61,826 bases of DNA from Candidatus Omnitrophota bacterium (GCA_028712375.1 JAQTQG010000006.1:1-61826), one strand, 5' to 3'. Counted from the first letter of the stretch, positions 18,613 to 27,968 are shown. Numbers and translations are program-made. The notes: generated by a model not told the origin, from the sequence alone.

Positions 18613-20711
18613 ACATTTCCTTTGGTTAAGATTAATTGATTTGTAAAAAATAATGACTCCACATATTCTTCTGTGCCCAGGCTTTTTCTTGCCCGACAAT
18701 ATTCTTTTGCTGTTATTTTATCAAGAGAAATGCATTTTGAACACACATTGTTTGCCGGGCAATATTTACACCCTCGCTCTGCTTGGATTTTCTGCATGAG
18801 AGCAGATATCCTGCTGGATAAAACCTCTACCCCCTGCGCTGTCCGGCCAACCACTGTGCCGGAAAAACAAGTGCAGACCTTACCGCTTTCCCCTAACACC
18901 AGACGGCTTAAGTTGCTTAACGGACATTTCCTGTGCCAACGGCAACTGTCCAGAATTATTATATTTTTATTTTTTCCTTTTTTGAATAAAACCAGTTGGT
19001 TTTTCAGCGCAAGCATATCTTGATTATCGGCAATCTTATAAATACACCCGGAGTCAACAGAAGAATAATCTGCCAAATGCTTAAAATTAAGAGATCTTTT
19101 AAAACTATCCAATACTCTGTTTTCCAGGCCGGCAACACTTAAGCAACTGTAGCGGGGATGTAAAAAACTGGCCGTATTCACCAGCAAACTTAAATGCCCG
19201 GTTCTGCGGCCGGATAATAAAATTTCCACATTCTTGCCAAAAATAAAGCTGGACCCCAAGGCTAAGTTATTTTCCATCCATTGCACAGGAAATTTTTTAG
19301 CCGCCACAACCACATCAATATTTCTTTTTCTATTTTCGGTCCCGCCATATATACCCGTCATGTTCCTTAAAAAAACCTGCCCCGTAGCGTTAAAAAAGTT
19401 CAATGATTCTAAGTCATTGTTTAGGCGGGGAATCTTATACACATTATATGCATAATTAACGGGATTAAGTACCGGATCAGAAACAACTTGCTTAAACTTA
19501 AAAGGCGGGATTCTTATCCCCCATTGCAAATGCTCTTTGGCGATTTGCGTACCAGAAAATATGTTCAAAAAATTATGCACATAAGTAGTAGGATTTAATT
19601 CCCTGAGGAAATTGATCGTTTTAATCGCTTTCTCATACGTATCACCAGGCAGGCCGAAAATAACACTTATATTGACATGAAATCCAAGTTTTTTAGCAGA
19701 ATAGGTAATCTTTTTTACCTTACCGATAAAATTCTTTTCCGCAGTAAAAATACCAGTTTTCTCCAATGCCTGCCCTTTGATTTTCTTTATGTTAAACAAA
19801 ACATCAACAGATGCGCTCTCCAGCCCGAATTTAATATGCTCAAAACCTGCCGCGTGCAATTCCTTTAAAATACCTTCATCAATAAAATCCGGACGGGTCA
19901 GGAATGAAAATCTTAACTTTAATTTATGCGCCGATATTTTGTCACAAATCCGGCTAACCCGCGTTTTGTTAAAAGTAAATATATCATCCTGTATTGCTAT
20001 TTTTCGATGATGATAATCGTGAATTTTGGAAGAAATTAACTGGAATTCCCGGATAATACGCCGGGTAGAATGATACCGGATAGTATGCCGGGACATCGCG
20101 GCAAAATTACAATAACTGCAATTAAATATACAGCCCCTGCTGGTTAACAGGGGAATTTCACTATTTACCCTCAAGACATCCGCTGGATCCAGAACCCCGC
20201 TAAGGTAAGGAGAGGGAATTGCATCTAAATTTTTTATTAAAGGCCTGCCTGGATTCCTGATAATTTTATTATTTAAACGATAAGTAATACCTTTTATTTT
20301 TGATAAATTTTTTCTTGCGCCTTGAGACAATAACTCCAACACAGTAAGCTCGCCTTCGCCTCTTACGCAAAAATCTAGAGCTTTTGTATCCTGCATAATA
20401 TTCATATCCGAAAATGTAGCCGTGGGGCCGCCGGCCAGGGTTAGAACTGTGGGAGTTTTTTGCTTAATTGCAGAGGTAATTTTTTTAACCAGGAAATAAT
20501 TAGCGTCAAAACAGGTAAACCCGGCAAAAACCGGACGTAAATCAAGGATCCGATCGGTTAATTCGCTGACGCTTAATTGATTACTGCAGATGAATTGCGA
20601 AGCATTTATTCCATTTTTTTTCAAATAGGCAACAATATAACTGGCACCTAGATGATATTGGCTGCTGCCGTCTTGCTGAAAAAAAATAAAAACACATTTG
20701 TTTCCTCTCAT
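18606..20711 (-). CDS. B12-binding-domain radical SAM enzyme (class B-like) with Cys-rich C-terminal extension
   Basis: Flavodoxin-like N-terminal region, SRGCIFNCSYCNF (CX3CX2C), and a ~250-aa C-terminal extension ending CKYCPANNVCSKCISL. Confidence 0.75.
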   Translation of the reverse strand: MRGNKCVFIFFQQDGSSQYHLGASYIVAYLKKNGINASQFICSNQLSVSELTDRILDLRPVFAGFTCFDANYFLVKKITSAIKQKTPTVLTLAGGPTATFSDMNIMQDTKALDFCVRGEGELTVLELLSQGARKNLSKIKGITYRLNNKIIRNPGRPLIKNLDAIPSPYLSGVLDPADVLRVNSEIPLLTSRGCIFNCSYCNFAAMSRHTIRYHSTRRIIREFQLISSKIHDYHHRKIAIQDDIFTFNKTRVSRICDKISAHKLKLRFSFLTRPDFIDEGILKELHAAGFEHIKFGLESASVDVLFNIKKIKGQALEKTGIFTAEKNFIGKVKKITYSAKKLGFHVNISVIFGLPGDTYEKAIKTINFLRELNPTTYVHNFLNIFSGTQIAKEHLQWGIRIPPFKFKQVVSDPVLNPVNYAYNVYKIPRLNNDLESLNFFNATGQVFLRNMTGIYGGTENRKRNIDVVVAAKKFPVQWMENNLALGSSFIFGKNVEILLSGRRTGHLSLLVNTASFLHPRYSCLSVAGLENRVLDSFKRSLNFKHLADYSSVDSGCIYKIADNQDMLALKNQLVLFKKGKNKNIIILDSCRWHRKCPLSNLSRLVLGESGKVCTCFSGTVVGRTAQGVEVLSSRISALMQKIQAERGCKYCPANNVCSKCISLDKITAKEYCRARKSLGTEEYVESLFFTNQLILTKGNVW

Positions 20712-20810
20712 ATTTAAGGTGCCTGATTAGTGCGAGGAAAAATTAAGATAGGCTGATAAGCTTATCCATTTAACAAGAAAAGGCGATTATTAAAAAATTC
20801 TAAGCCGGAT

Positions 20811-20975
20811 TTAACCCGAAGCAGTACTGCATATACTGGATGAACAAGTACATGATGGCGTTGACGGGCCATTACCAGAAGAGGGTTTCTGGCATCCGGT
20901 TAAAACTGCTTCTTCGGCAATTAATTTAACCCTGGCAAGTTTTGGTTTCTCATAACGCGCTTTGGTCTTCTTCAT
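20811..20975 (-). CDS. 54-aa candidate precursor peptide: MKKTKARYEKPKLARVKLIAEEAVLTGCQKPSSGNGPSTPSCTCSSSICSTASG
   Basis: Hand-translated; it is below the ORF-track size cutoff. A strong SD (GGGGGAGAA) lies 2 nt before the ATG and 12 nt after the preceding rSAM stop. Basic leader, Cys/Ser/Thr-rich tail. Confidence 0.7.
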   Translation of the reverse strand: MKKTKARYEKPKLARVKLIAEEAVLTGCQKPSSGNGPSTPSCTCSSSICSTASG

Positions 20976-20987
20976 ATTCTCCCCCTG

Positions 20988-22064
20988 CTAAGCCATCAAA
21001 TTTCTTATTTTTTTAAACCTTAGTTTTGCTGTTTTACACATAAATGCGACGGGAGTGCCGATTGCGGTTTTTTCGATCAGATTCCACCCGGGGCAACATC
21101 CGCAAAGTACGTATAATGAACAATTATAGCATTTATTAGTCCTATTTTTCAACTTAATTTTGCTTGCATAAACCCTGGGCAGCTCTTTAAAAAATCCCTC
21201 CCGGAAGGAACCTTGAAGTATATTATAATTGGGCAGGCGGGACAAAACACAACCCCCCAAACGGCCAGAGGGGTCAATGTTGAACATCCCCTTACCAGCT
21301 GAACACATATATACTGAATCAGCCGGTTTTTGCCCGTAATATATCTTGTAAAATTTCTTCCATTCTTGCAGCCTTTTTTTATTGCTCAAGTCATATCGCA
21401 CTATTTCCTCCGGAGTCAACCTATACCCGCAGGGTTCAATCGAACCATCCAGATCCGAAGTGATCATCGGGTCATAGCGAAATGTGGTTTTAAACTTATC
21501 TGCTAACCGCTCTATTGCTTTAAACTCATGTTTATTTAATGTCATTAGCGCTGTTTTAACTTTAAATTTAATACCATACTTATGCAATAGTTTTATGCCA
21601 TTAAAACATTTCTCAAATGAACCGTTAACCCTGGTAATGCTTTCATAGGTTTTTTTAGTAACACCATAAATAGAAATTTCGATACCGAAAGGCGGATATC
21701 TGTGCAATAAATCAGCCATCCTCCGGTCGATTAGCGTCCCGTTGCTCAGCAACGTTATTAAAAAACCTTTACTTTTGGCATACAGGTAAATTTTTTTAAA
21801 ATCCCTCCTAATCATCGCTTCTCCGCCGGTCAAGGCTAGCCAGAGACAACCGGACGCAGCAAGCTGGTCCAAGACGCTGCAGACTTCCCGGAATGACATT
21901 TCTTTGCTTGCTTTATTCCTCTTGCCGATGTAACAATGCACGCACTTTAAATTACATTTGTAAGTAAGGTCTATCTGCCCTTGAATAGGAATATTTTTAT
22001 TAACGGTTTTATTAAAAATCCCCTTATTAAATATATTGTAAGGCAACACGCAGATATTACTCAT
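20988..22064 (-). CDS. radical SAM/SPASM peptide maturase paralogue 5 (subtype A)
   Basis: CNLKCVHCY, GCLWLALTGGEA, C-terminal CSAGKGMFNIDPSGRLGGC...CYNCSLYVLCGCCPG. ATGA overlap with the upstream gene. Confidence 0.85.
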   Translation of the reverse strand: MSNICVLPYNIFNKGIFNKTVNKNIPIQGQIDLTYKCNLKCVHCYIGKRNKASKEMSFREVCSVLDQLAASGCLWLALTGGEAMIRRDFKKIYLYAKSKGFLITLLSNGTLIDRRMADLLHRYPPFGIEISIYGVTKKTYESITRVNGSFEKCFNGIKLLHKYGIKFKVKTALMTLNKHEFKAIERLADKFKTTFRYDPMITSDLDGSIEPCGYRLTPEEIVRYDLSNKKRLQEWKKFYKIYYGQKPADSVYMCSAGKGMFNIDPSGRLGGCVLSRLPNYNILQGSFREGFFKELPRVYASKIKLKNRTNKCYNCSLYVLCGCCPGWNLIEKTAIGTPVAFMCKTAKLRFKKIRNLMA

Positions 22065-23176
22065 TGCTTCTCACCATTCTCTTTGCGCAACCTGGCTATT
22101 TTACAATAATAATTTTTTATCTTTGTATACCCTTTGGCGGAATCAGGATTATCCAAAAGGTTAAAACAAATACCGCAATAGGCAAGATAGGCGCATTTTT
22201 TACAAAAACAATCATTTTGGTCTCTTTCTTCTGCAAGTTTTTTTAAAAAATCCTGCCAACAAGCAGTAATTCCGCGCTTGACCAGATTATATTTCTGTTT
22301 TATGCACGGAAAATACCGATTTACGTCCAAATCCCCGCAAGGAGTAATGATCATCCCTTTTAAAGCAGAATTAAGCTGGTCCAGTTTTTGGCAATAATTT
22401 GTTGTCGCTATACCCCGGCGCTCATCTTCTTTAATCTTTCTGTAGAACTCTTTAAGCGTTCTACTTCTCGACTGCCCATACTCATTCTTTTCCACCTGCA
22501 AAACATCCTTAACCGTAGCCAAACAGGATTCAATGCTATCCAGGCAGGTATCATGAAGAGGGGGGAATAAAACCGGATTGCACATAAAACGTATCCCTCT
22601 GCTTATGGCAAAATCTTTAACCCGGCTAATCTGGTCTTTGTTTTGCCTGAATAACGGGGTTTTTATCCCTATTCTCACGCCATTCTTTAAAAGAAAATTT
22701 ATTCCCGCCAAACATCTATTAAATGAACCGGCCACCTGAGTAATCTCTTCATAAATCCTTCTGTCGGTAGCATACAGCGATATCTGTATCTCAAAAGGAG
22801 GGTTCTTTTTGAAAAATTCAGCGGCGGCAAAATCAATTAAAGCAGCATTAGTATATATGATAATTAAGAAACCTTTCTTTTTTGCGTAACGATAAATTTT
22901 AAAAAAATCTCTGTGCGCAAGCGGTTCTCCGCCGGAAAGAACCAGCCATAAAACCCCCGCATTGGCTAATTTATCCAATATTTTATAAATATTTTTTAAT
23001 TTTAACTCTCTTTTATCTATCTTGGCGGTAAGATGTTCATCCTCAATATAACAATGGATGCATTTATAATTACAGCGGTGGGTAATTTCCAATGCGCTTA
23101 CTTTCGGCAAGGCATATTTGTCCCTTTCAAAGAACTTCGTATAAAATGAAGGGTAATCTAACTCCCGGATGATCAT
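22061..23176 (-). CDS. radical SAM/SPASM peptide maturase paralogue 4 (subtype B)
   Basis: CNYKCIHCY, GVLWLVLSGGEP, C-terminal ITPCGDLDVNRYFPC...CFCKKCAYLAYCGIC. ATGA overlap. Confidence 0.85.
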   Translation of the reverse strand: MIIRELDYPSFYTKFFERDKYALPKVSALEITHRCNYKCIHCYIEDEHLTAKIDKRELKLKNIYKILDKLANAGVLWLVLSGGEPLAHRDFFKIYRYAKKKGFLIIIYTNAALIDFAAAEFFKKNPPFEIQISLYATDRRIYEEITQVAGSFNRCLAGINFLLKNGVRIGIKTPLFRQNKDQISRVKDFAISRGIRFMCNPVLFPPLHDTCLDSIESCLATVKDVLQVEKNEYGQSRSRTLKEFYRKIKEDERRGIATTNYCQKLDQLNSALKGMIITPCGDLDVNRYFPCIKQKYNLVKRGITACWQDFLKKLAEERDQNDCFCKKCAYLAYCGICFNLLDNPDSAKGYTKIKNYYCKIARLRKENGEKQ

Positions 23177-24225
23177 CTAAAATGCTCCTCTAACGCCTTA
23201 AGCCTGGCCCGAGTCACTTGGCAATGATAATCTCGAAAAACACTCCCCTGGCGGCTCAGCACGCTATGCGAAGCGCATTGGTAGCAAAAACGGAAGATTT
23301 CACATTCTTTACAAACACAGTCAAAAGAATCAACCTGTTGTTCTGCCTGTGCTAAATATTGTTTCCAAGCCGATGAAAATTTTATTTTCGTAAGATCAAA
23401 TACCAGCGGTATACAGGGGAATCTCCGCGTATTATTGAACTCCCCAAAAGCATTAATGATAAAGGCGCGGTGCACTCTTTCAAAAAGGCATTTTTTTATA
23501 CTCTTTCCCTCTTTATAACAAAAATAGTCCTGTTTCCAGCGGTCCAACAATCCATCGCTTAGTTCAACCTTAACCAACTCTTCCGCAGACAACCCCTGCT
23601 TCATTACGCGATCTTCATGAATAATTGTAGGGTCTACGTAAAGGTAATAGTCAAAATCAATGCCTAATTTTCTGGCATAATCTTTTGCGATAAATAATTC
23701 ATGCCGGTTTACTTTTAATAACGGCATCCTCAACATACCAATCCTTAAATCTGACTTCAATAACAGGCTTAGTCCGTTCCTAAAGCGGCTAAACGATCCC
23801 TTAACCCCGGAAACTTTTTCATACACATTTTCGGTAACACCTAAAATGGATAATTGAACTTGAAGCGGCGGATTTTTCTCAAGGCGAGTAATAAGTTTTT
23901 TATCTAATAATGTAGCATTGGTTAAGAGCGTAATGACAAACCCCATTTTTTTAGCATAAAGATAAATATCGAGAAAGTCTTTTCTAATTAAAGGTTCACC
24001 TCCGGTGATCGTCAGCCACAAACAGCCGGCATCCCGGATATCTTTAAGAATTTTAAAAACTGAAGCAGTACTTAATTCTTTTTTATCCGAAAAATCGCAG
24101 CTTGTTGAACAGTGGATACAGCGATAATTGCACTTATAAGTTATTTCAAAACTGCCTTTATAGGGCAACCCGCGGGAAATTATTCTTTGCTCATTAATGG
24201 CGCGGAAAAAAGATTTTTTAACCAT
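23173..24225 (-). CDS. radical SAM/SPASM peptide maturase paralogue 3 (subtype B)
   Basis: CNYRCIHCS, GCLWLTITGGEP, C-terminal CVCKECEIFRFCYQC. The track start at 24246 is TTG; ATG 24225 (MVKKSFF) overlaps the upstream stop by 8 nt and is preferred. Confidence 0.8.
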   Translation of the reverse strand: MVKKSFFRAINEQRIISRGLPYKGSFEITYKCNYRCIHCSTSCDFSDKKELSTASVFKILKDIRDAGCLWLTITGGEPLIRKDFLDIYLYAKKMGFVITLLTNATLLDKKLITRLEKNPPLQVQLSILGVTENVYEKVSGVKGSFSRFRNGLSLLLKSDLRIGMLRMPLLKVNRHELFIAKDYARKLGIDFDYYLYVDPTIIHEDRVMKQGLSAEELVKVELSDGLLDRWKQDYFCYKEGKSIKKCLFERVHRAFIINAFGEFNNTRRFPCIPLVFDLTKIKFSSAWKQYLAQAEQQVDSFDCVCKECEIFRFCYQCASHSVLSRQGSVFRDYHCQVTRARLKALEEHFR

Positions 24226-25264
24226 GTTTTCCAAAGCTCTTCGCAAAATATTTCGCCCTAAGTTTTGCTACCTGGCAATAATAATCTAAATATTTTCTTT
24301 GATCATTCTTCTGTTTTAAAATGGCTGAACACTTATCGCAAAATGCAAAGAAGGAGCAACCGCTGCACTCCCTGACGCTGGAATAGTTCTCCAAAGACTT
24401 TCTGTTTAAAATCTTCCAGCCGTCCCGGAAAGTACCTGAAATTAAACTATACCCGGGTGTACGCGGATACATTTTGCACATCATAAGCTTACCGCAAGAA
24501 TCAATCATAAACGACTTGCGCCCGGCATCACAGGTATATTTCCTTTTCCCCGGCTGTTTATTACAAGACCCTTCAAATTGCTTCTGCCATAATTGACGCC
24601 TCAGGCTGCGTTGAGCTAAGTCTAGCGCAACAACTTTATCCGGAGCCAAAGCATACTTAAAAACCTCTCCGCTGCCATCAATCCCCGGCCTAATCACCGG
24701 GTCAAATTTAAAAAAGAAGTTTTTCGCCCGGGCCAGTTGGCCTATTTTTTTAATCTCCTGAACATTTAATGTCGTCACGGTGGTTTTTATTTCAGTACGG
24801 ACACCGTATCTAAACAAAAGATCGATACCCGCCATGCATTTTTTATAGGAGCCTTTAACTCCGGTTATTTTTTCATAAACTTCTTTGGTCGCCCCGTAAA
24901 CAGAGACCTCAACAAGATAAGGTGGTAAACCTCTAAACAGTTTTGCTATTTTATCATTAATCAAGGTGCCATTAGTCAGTATCTTAACCAGCAAGCCTTT
25001 ACTTTTAGCGTATCTGTATATTTCAGAGAAGTCCTTCCTTAATAATGGTTCGCCGCCGGTAAAATGCAGCAAAATACAACCTGCCCGGACAATTTGGTCA
25101 AATATTTTGCATACTGTTTCATAAGACAATTCTTTAGCATAAAAATCATTCTTTAGATAACAATGCCGGCACTTTAGGTTACAATGTGAGGTTAATTCTA
25201 TACCGCCCTTAATCGGTAAAAAGTTACTTTTAAACAGTTTGGTTATTTTTTCTTCGAATAACAT
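24218..25264 (-). CDS. radical SAM/SPASM peptide maturase paralogue 2 (subtype A)
   Basis: CNLKCRHCY, GCILLHFTGGEP, C-terminal CDAGRKSFMIDSCGKLMMC...CSGCSFFAFCDKC. Confidence 0.85.
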   Translation of the reverse strand: MLFEEKITKLFKSNFLPIKGGIELTSHCNLKCRHCYLKNDFYAKELSYETVCKIFDQIVRAGCILLHFTGGEPLLRKDFSEIYRYAKSKGLLVKILTNGTLINDKIAKLFRGLPPYLVEVSVYGATKEVYEKITGVKGSYKKCMAGIDLLFRYGVRTEIKTTVTTLNVQEIKKIGQLARAKNFFFKFDPVIRPGIDGSGEVFKYALAPDKVVALDLAQRSLRRQLWQKQFEGSCNKQPGKRKYTCDAGRKSFMIDSCGKLMMCKMYPRTPGYSLISGTFRDGWKILNRKSLENYSSVRECSGCSFFAFCDKCSAILKQKNDQRKYLDYYCQVAKLRAKYFAKSFGKHG

Positions 25265-26369
25265 TATTTTTAGCCCTGAAATAGTTAGCGCGCAAAGCCG
25301 CAGTTTCGCAATAATGGCTCTTCATCGCCTCAACTAGGTTAGCTCCGGATGCCTGAGGCTGTTTAAAAGCTGCTGCGCCTAAACAATAATCACAAAAATA
25401 CCGTATTTTACAATTTAAACATTTTTTATTATCCTCAAGAATTGTATCGCTTATTTTTTGCAATTTTAACCAAGCCTCTTTTATCCTGCCACCCGCTAAA
25501 CTGCTGCCTGGCACTCTAGCTAACATGCACATGCTCATCGATCCATCTGCACAAACACAAAAAGCGTTTTGACCGGCGCCGCACTCATCAAATATGTATT
25601 CTTTTTCCAACCGGCTTTTCTTTACGCTAATCTTATTTTTAAAATACTCTAATTTTTCCTTAAATTGCATTTCTGCATTTACTACTTCTTTTGGTTTTAA
25701 TCTATAGCTAAAGGGTACAAGCGAGCCATCCAAGCCGGGATAAATAGCTGCATCAAACCTAAACGGCACATCTAGTTCTTTAGCCCACTTTCTAGCCATT
25801 CCTAACTCATGCTTGTTGATAGTCAACAGGGGCATTTTAAGGCTAAGCGGTATTTTGTGTGAAATTAATAATCCCAGCCCTTTTTTAAAATTTTCGAATG
25901 ACCCTGCTACTTTGGTAACCGCCTCATAAGTTTTTCTGGTACACCCGTAAATTGAAACCTCCACAAAAAGCGGCCGCCAGACAGTAAGCATCTTTGCTAA
26001 CTGCGGGGTAACAAGAGTAGCGTTGGAAAAAATTACAATTAAAAAACCCTTTTTCTTGGCATATAAGTAAATGTCCGGGAAATCTTTTCGCAAAAATGGT
26101 TCCCCGCCGGTAAAAATCAACCAAAGACAACCGCAAGAAGCAATTTTATCAAGAAGCCTTAAAATTTTATTTTTTGGCATGCGGGCTGTTTTAGAAGCAG
26201 ACTTGGGAATATAGCAATGCACGCACTTTAAATTACATTTTAAAGTCGGCTCAAAAAAACACTTCAGAGGTACATCTTTATTGTGAGTTTTACTGTGCAG
26301 GCGGGCTCTAAAAACATTATGCAGAAGTTCTTGCATTTTCAATGCCGGGGTCCTTCTGACAACCCTCAC
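25230..26369 (-). CDS. radical SAM/SPASM peptide maturase paralogue 1 (subtype A)
   Basis: CNLKCVHCY, GCLWLIFTGGEP, C-terminal CGAGQNAFCVCADGSMSMC...CLNCKIRYFCDYC. The track start is GTG at 26369 (GTGA overlap with pqqD-like). An alternative ATG at 26336 fits the paralogue N-terminal lengths better. Confidence 0.8.
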   Translation of the reverse strand: MRVVRRTPALKMQELLHNVFRARLHSKTHNKDVPLKCFFEPTLKCNLKCVHCYIPKSASKTARMPKNKILRLLDKIASCGCLWLIFTGGEPFLRKDFPDIYLYAKKKGFLIVIFSNATLVTPQLAKMLTVWRPLFVEVSIYGCTRKTYEAVTKVAGSFENFKKGLGLLISHKIPLSLKMPLLTINKHELGMARKWAKELDVPFRFDAAIYPGLDGSLVPFSYRLKPKEVVNAEMQFKEKLEYFKNKISVKKSRLEKEYIFDECGAGQNAFCVCADGSMSMCMLARVPGSSLAGGRIKEAWLKLQKISDTILEDNKKCLNCKIRYFCDYCLGAAAFKQPQASGANLVEAMKSHYCETAALRANYFRAKNNVIRRKNNQTV

Positions 26370-26647
26370 TTAATACTTTCAATTTCTTCCAGTTGAGCTA
26401 TAAAATCGTTTAAATCTTTCTCCGCTGTTGTCTCGGCTACTGCATACTCTTGGATAATCATTTTTTTTATTTTTTCAACATTAGTCTTACCGTCAATTTT
26501 TTCCCAAATCCAGGCAGCTAGCGGAGAAAGCGTATAAATACAATCGACCTCCTCAGTAGTTTTAACCATGGGCACCAGCAAAGCCTCATCATCTATCATT
26601 CTAAAAACAAACGAAGAATTTTTTTTATAGCACTTTTTCATATCCAT
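26366..26647 (-). CDS. PqqD-family protein (RiPP recognition element-type peptide chaperone)
   Basis: About 93 aa with FRMIDDEALLV...YTLSPLAAWIWEKIDGKTNVEKI...EY. ATG 26647 lies 5 nt after GGAGG. The track start (TTG 26692) is actually part of a -35 box. Confidence 0.75.
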   Translation of the reverse strand: MDMKKCYKKNSSFVFRMIDDEALLVPMVKTTEEVDCIYTLSPLAAWIWEKIDGKTNVEKIKKMIIQEYAVAETTAEKDLNDFIAQLEEIESIK

Positions 26648-26663
26648 AATTCCCTCCTTTTTT

Positions 26664-26692
26664 AGTATAGCTCCCGCAAAAAACCCTGTCAA
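26664..26692 (-). promoter_or_regulatory. near-consensus sigma70-type promoter of the maturation operon
   Basis: -35 TTGACA (26692..26687), 17-nt spacer, -10 TATACT (26669..26664), about 20 nt upstream of the pqqD-like SD. Confidence 0.55.
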
Positions 26693-26792
26693 TCAGTATT
26701 TCCCCGGCCCTATTATACCGACTGGTAATTTAATTATAACCGGCCTTACACAAAACATTTCTAGCCGCCATTTTAAAATTGCCTAAGCGCAA

Positions 26793-27968
26793 CTAACAAC
26801 TTATGTTTTTCAAAATTATATACGGTATCCGCAGTTTATATATTACCTTTGTTTTAAAGCTATATGGACCAAGACCGTAAAACCTTGCAAATTGCTCCTG
26901 CGGAATATTTAATAAGTAATTAATCGGTTCATAGTAATTGTCAAAAAATAAAAAATGCCCATAAAGATACATTTTTTTATCCCGGGCAGATCCAGTATTC
27001 CTAAAAAATGTTTTGTTTTTAATAAATCTTTCAATGATTTTACGTTTGCGTGGTGAAATTTCCAATTCCTGCACAACACTAGGCGGAAATTTTACATCAA
27101 AAAAAAGCTTAGCTTGGGTTAAACAAAAAAATAAAGTTGAACCGATCCGGCTCCTGCGGCATTCTTTCAATACATAGTCCCAATCCATACTGTTTTTATA
27201 TTCATTGAGCAAAATTGCAATATCGCATACATTCTTAATGCAGAGGATTTTACCAAAATGCCTAAGATGCAGAGCTAAAGAAAACAATTCATCTTCCCGG
27301 GAAAGATAAGCAAGCGGTGCTTGACCACTAATTGCATGGTTTTGGATACGCTGCCATAATAATGGCAGCTGTTTATAACTTCTTCGATAATCTAAAGCCC
27401 AATGAACCTCTACGGTAACCGGATAACTTGATTGGGACTCTTTAGTATAGACAAAATGATACTGGTGATTACGCCAGTAGCTTTGGCTAAACCCGTGGAG
27501 ATCTTTTTTGTATCCCAAAGAAAGCATTACATCCTCTGCCGCTGCTAGATCAGTTTCTTCTATCAGGATGTCAATGTCGGAACTCTGCCTGCCCGGGCGG
27601 TTTTTATATAATGTGTTAATTAACGACATCCCCTTCAACGGAACGGAGTTAATATTCTTTTCTTTTAATGCAATAGTTACATCCCAAAAGGCATTCTTTA
27701 AATTCTCGGCATAGAAAATATTGGCATAAAAATTATTACGTAAATAGTTTTCAACTTCTCCGGGGAGTTTTAAATTGTTTTTTTTAAAAAAAAGGTGGGC
27801 AAACACCAGCAATTCATGATAACGCAGGTATTCCAATAAAATATCGTATTCTATTTCGCCATAGCCCAGGTGGTTTTTGAAAGTATTTTCTTCCCTATAG
27901 ACAACGTCTCTTGCTATATCAAGCAACAACCCGGTCTCGGCGCTATCTGAAGTGCTGAATTCTAACAT
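26793..27968 (-). CDS. nucleotidyltransferase-fold protein (uncharacterised NTP_transf_5/PF14907-like)
   Basis: 391 aa with GRQSSDIDILIEE (a G-S...D-x-D polymerase-beta-type NTase motif). This family often neighbours PqqD/HprK-like genes. Confidence 0.55.
   Translation of the reverse strand: MLEFSTSDSAETGLLLDIARDVVYREENTFKNHLGYGEIEYDILLEYLRYHELLVFAHLFFKKNNLKLPGEVENYLRNNFYANIFYAENLKNAFWDVTIALKEKNINSVPLKGMSLINTLYKNRPGRQSSDIDILIEETDLAAAEDVMLSLGYKKDLHGFSQSYWRNHQYHFVYTKESQSSYPVTVEVHWALDYRRSYKQLPLLWQRIQNHAISGQAPLAYLSREDELFSLALHLRHFGKILCIKNVCDIAILLNEYKNSMDWDYVLKECRRSRIGSTLFFCLTQAKLFFDVKFPPSVVQELEISPRKRKIIERFIKNKTFFRNTGSARDKKMYLYGHFLFFDNYYEPINYLLNIPQEQFARFYGLGPYSFKTKVIYKLRIPYIILKNISC

Noticed and set aside
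26648-26692. The N-terminal extension of the PqqD-like ORF starting at TTG 26692 (MTGFFAGAILKKEGI).
   Set aside because: The TTG is part of a perfect TTGACA -35 box with a TATACT -10 located 17 nt downstream. A GGAGG SD precedes the internal ATG at 26647.
17719-27968. Interpreting the locus as a lasso-peptide cluster because of PqqD, HprK-like kinase, NTase and ABC transporter.
   Set aside because: No asparagine-synthetase-like cyclase or transglutaminase-like leader protease is present. The maturases are rSAM/SPASM enzymes.
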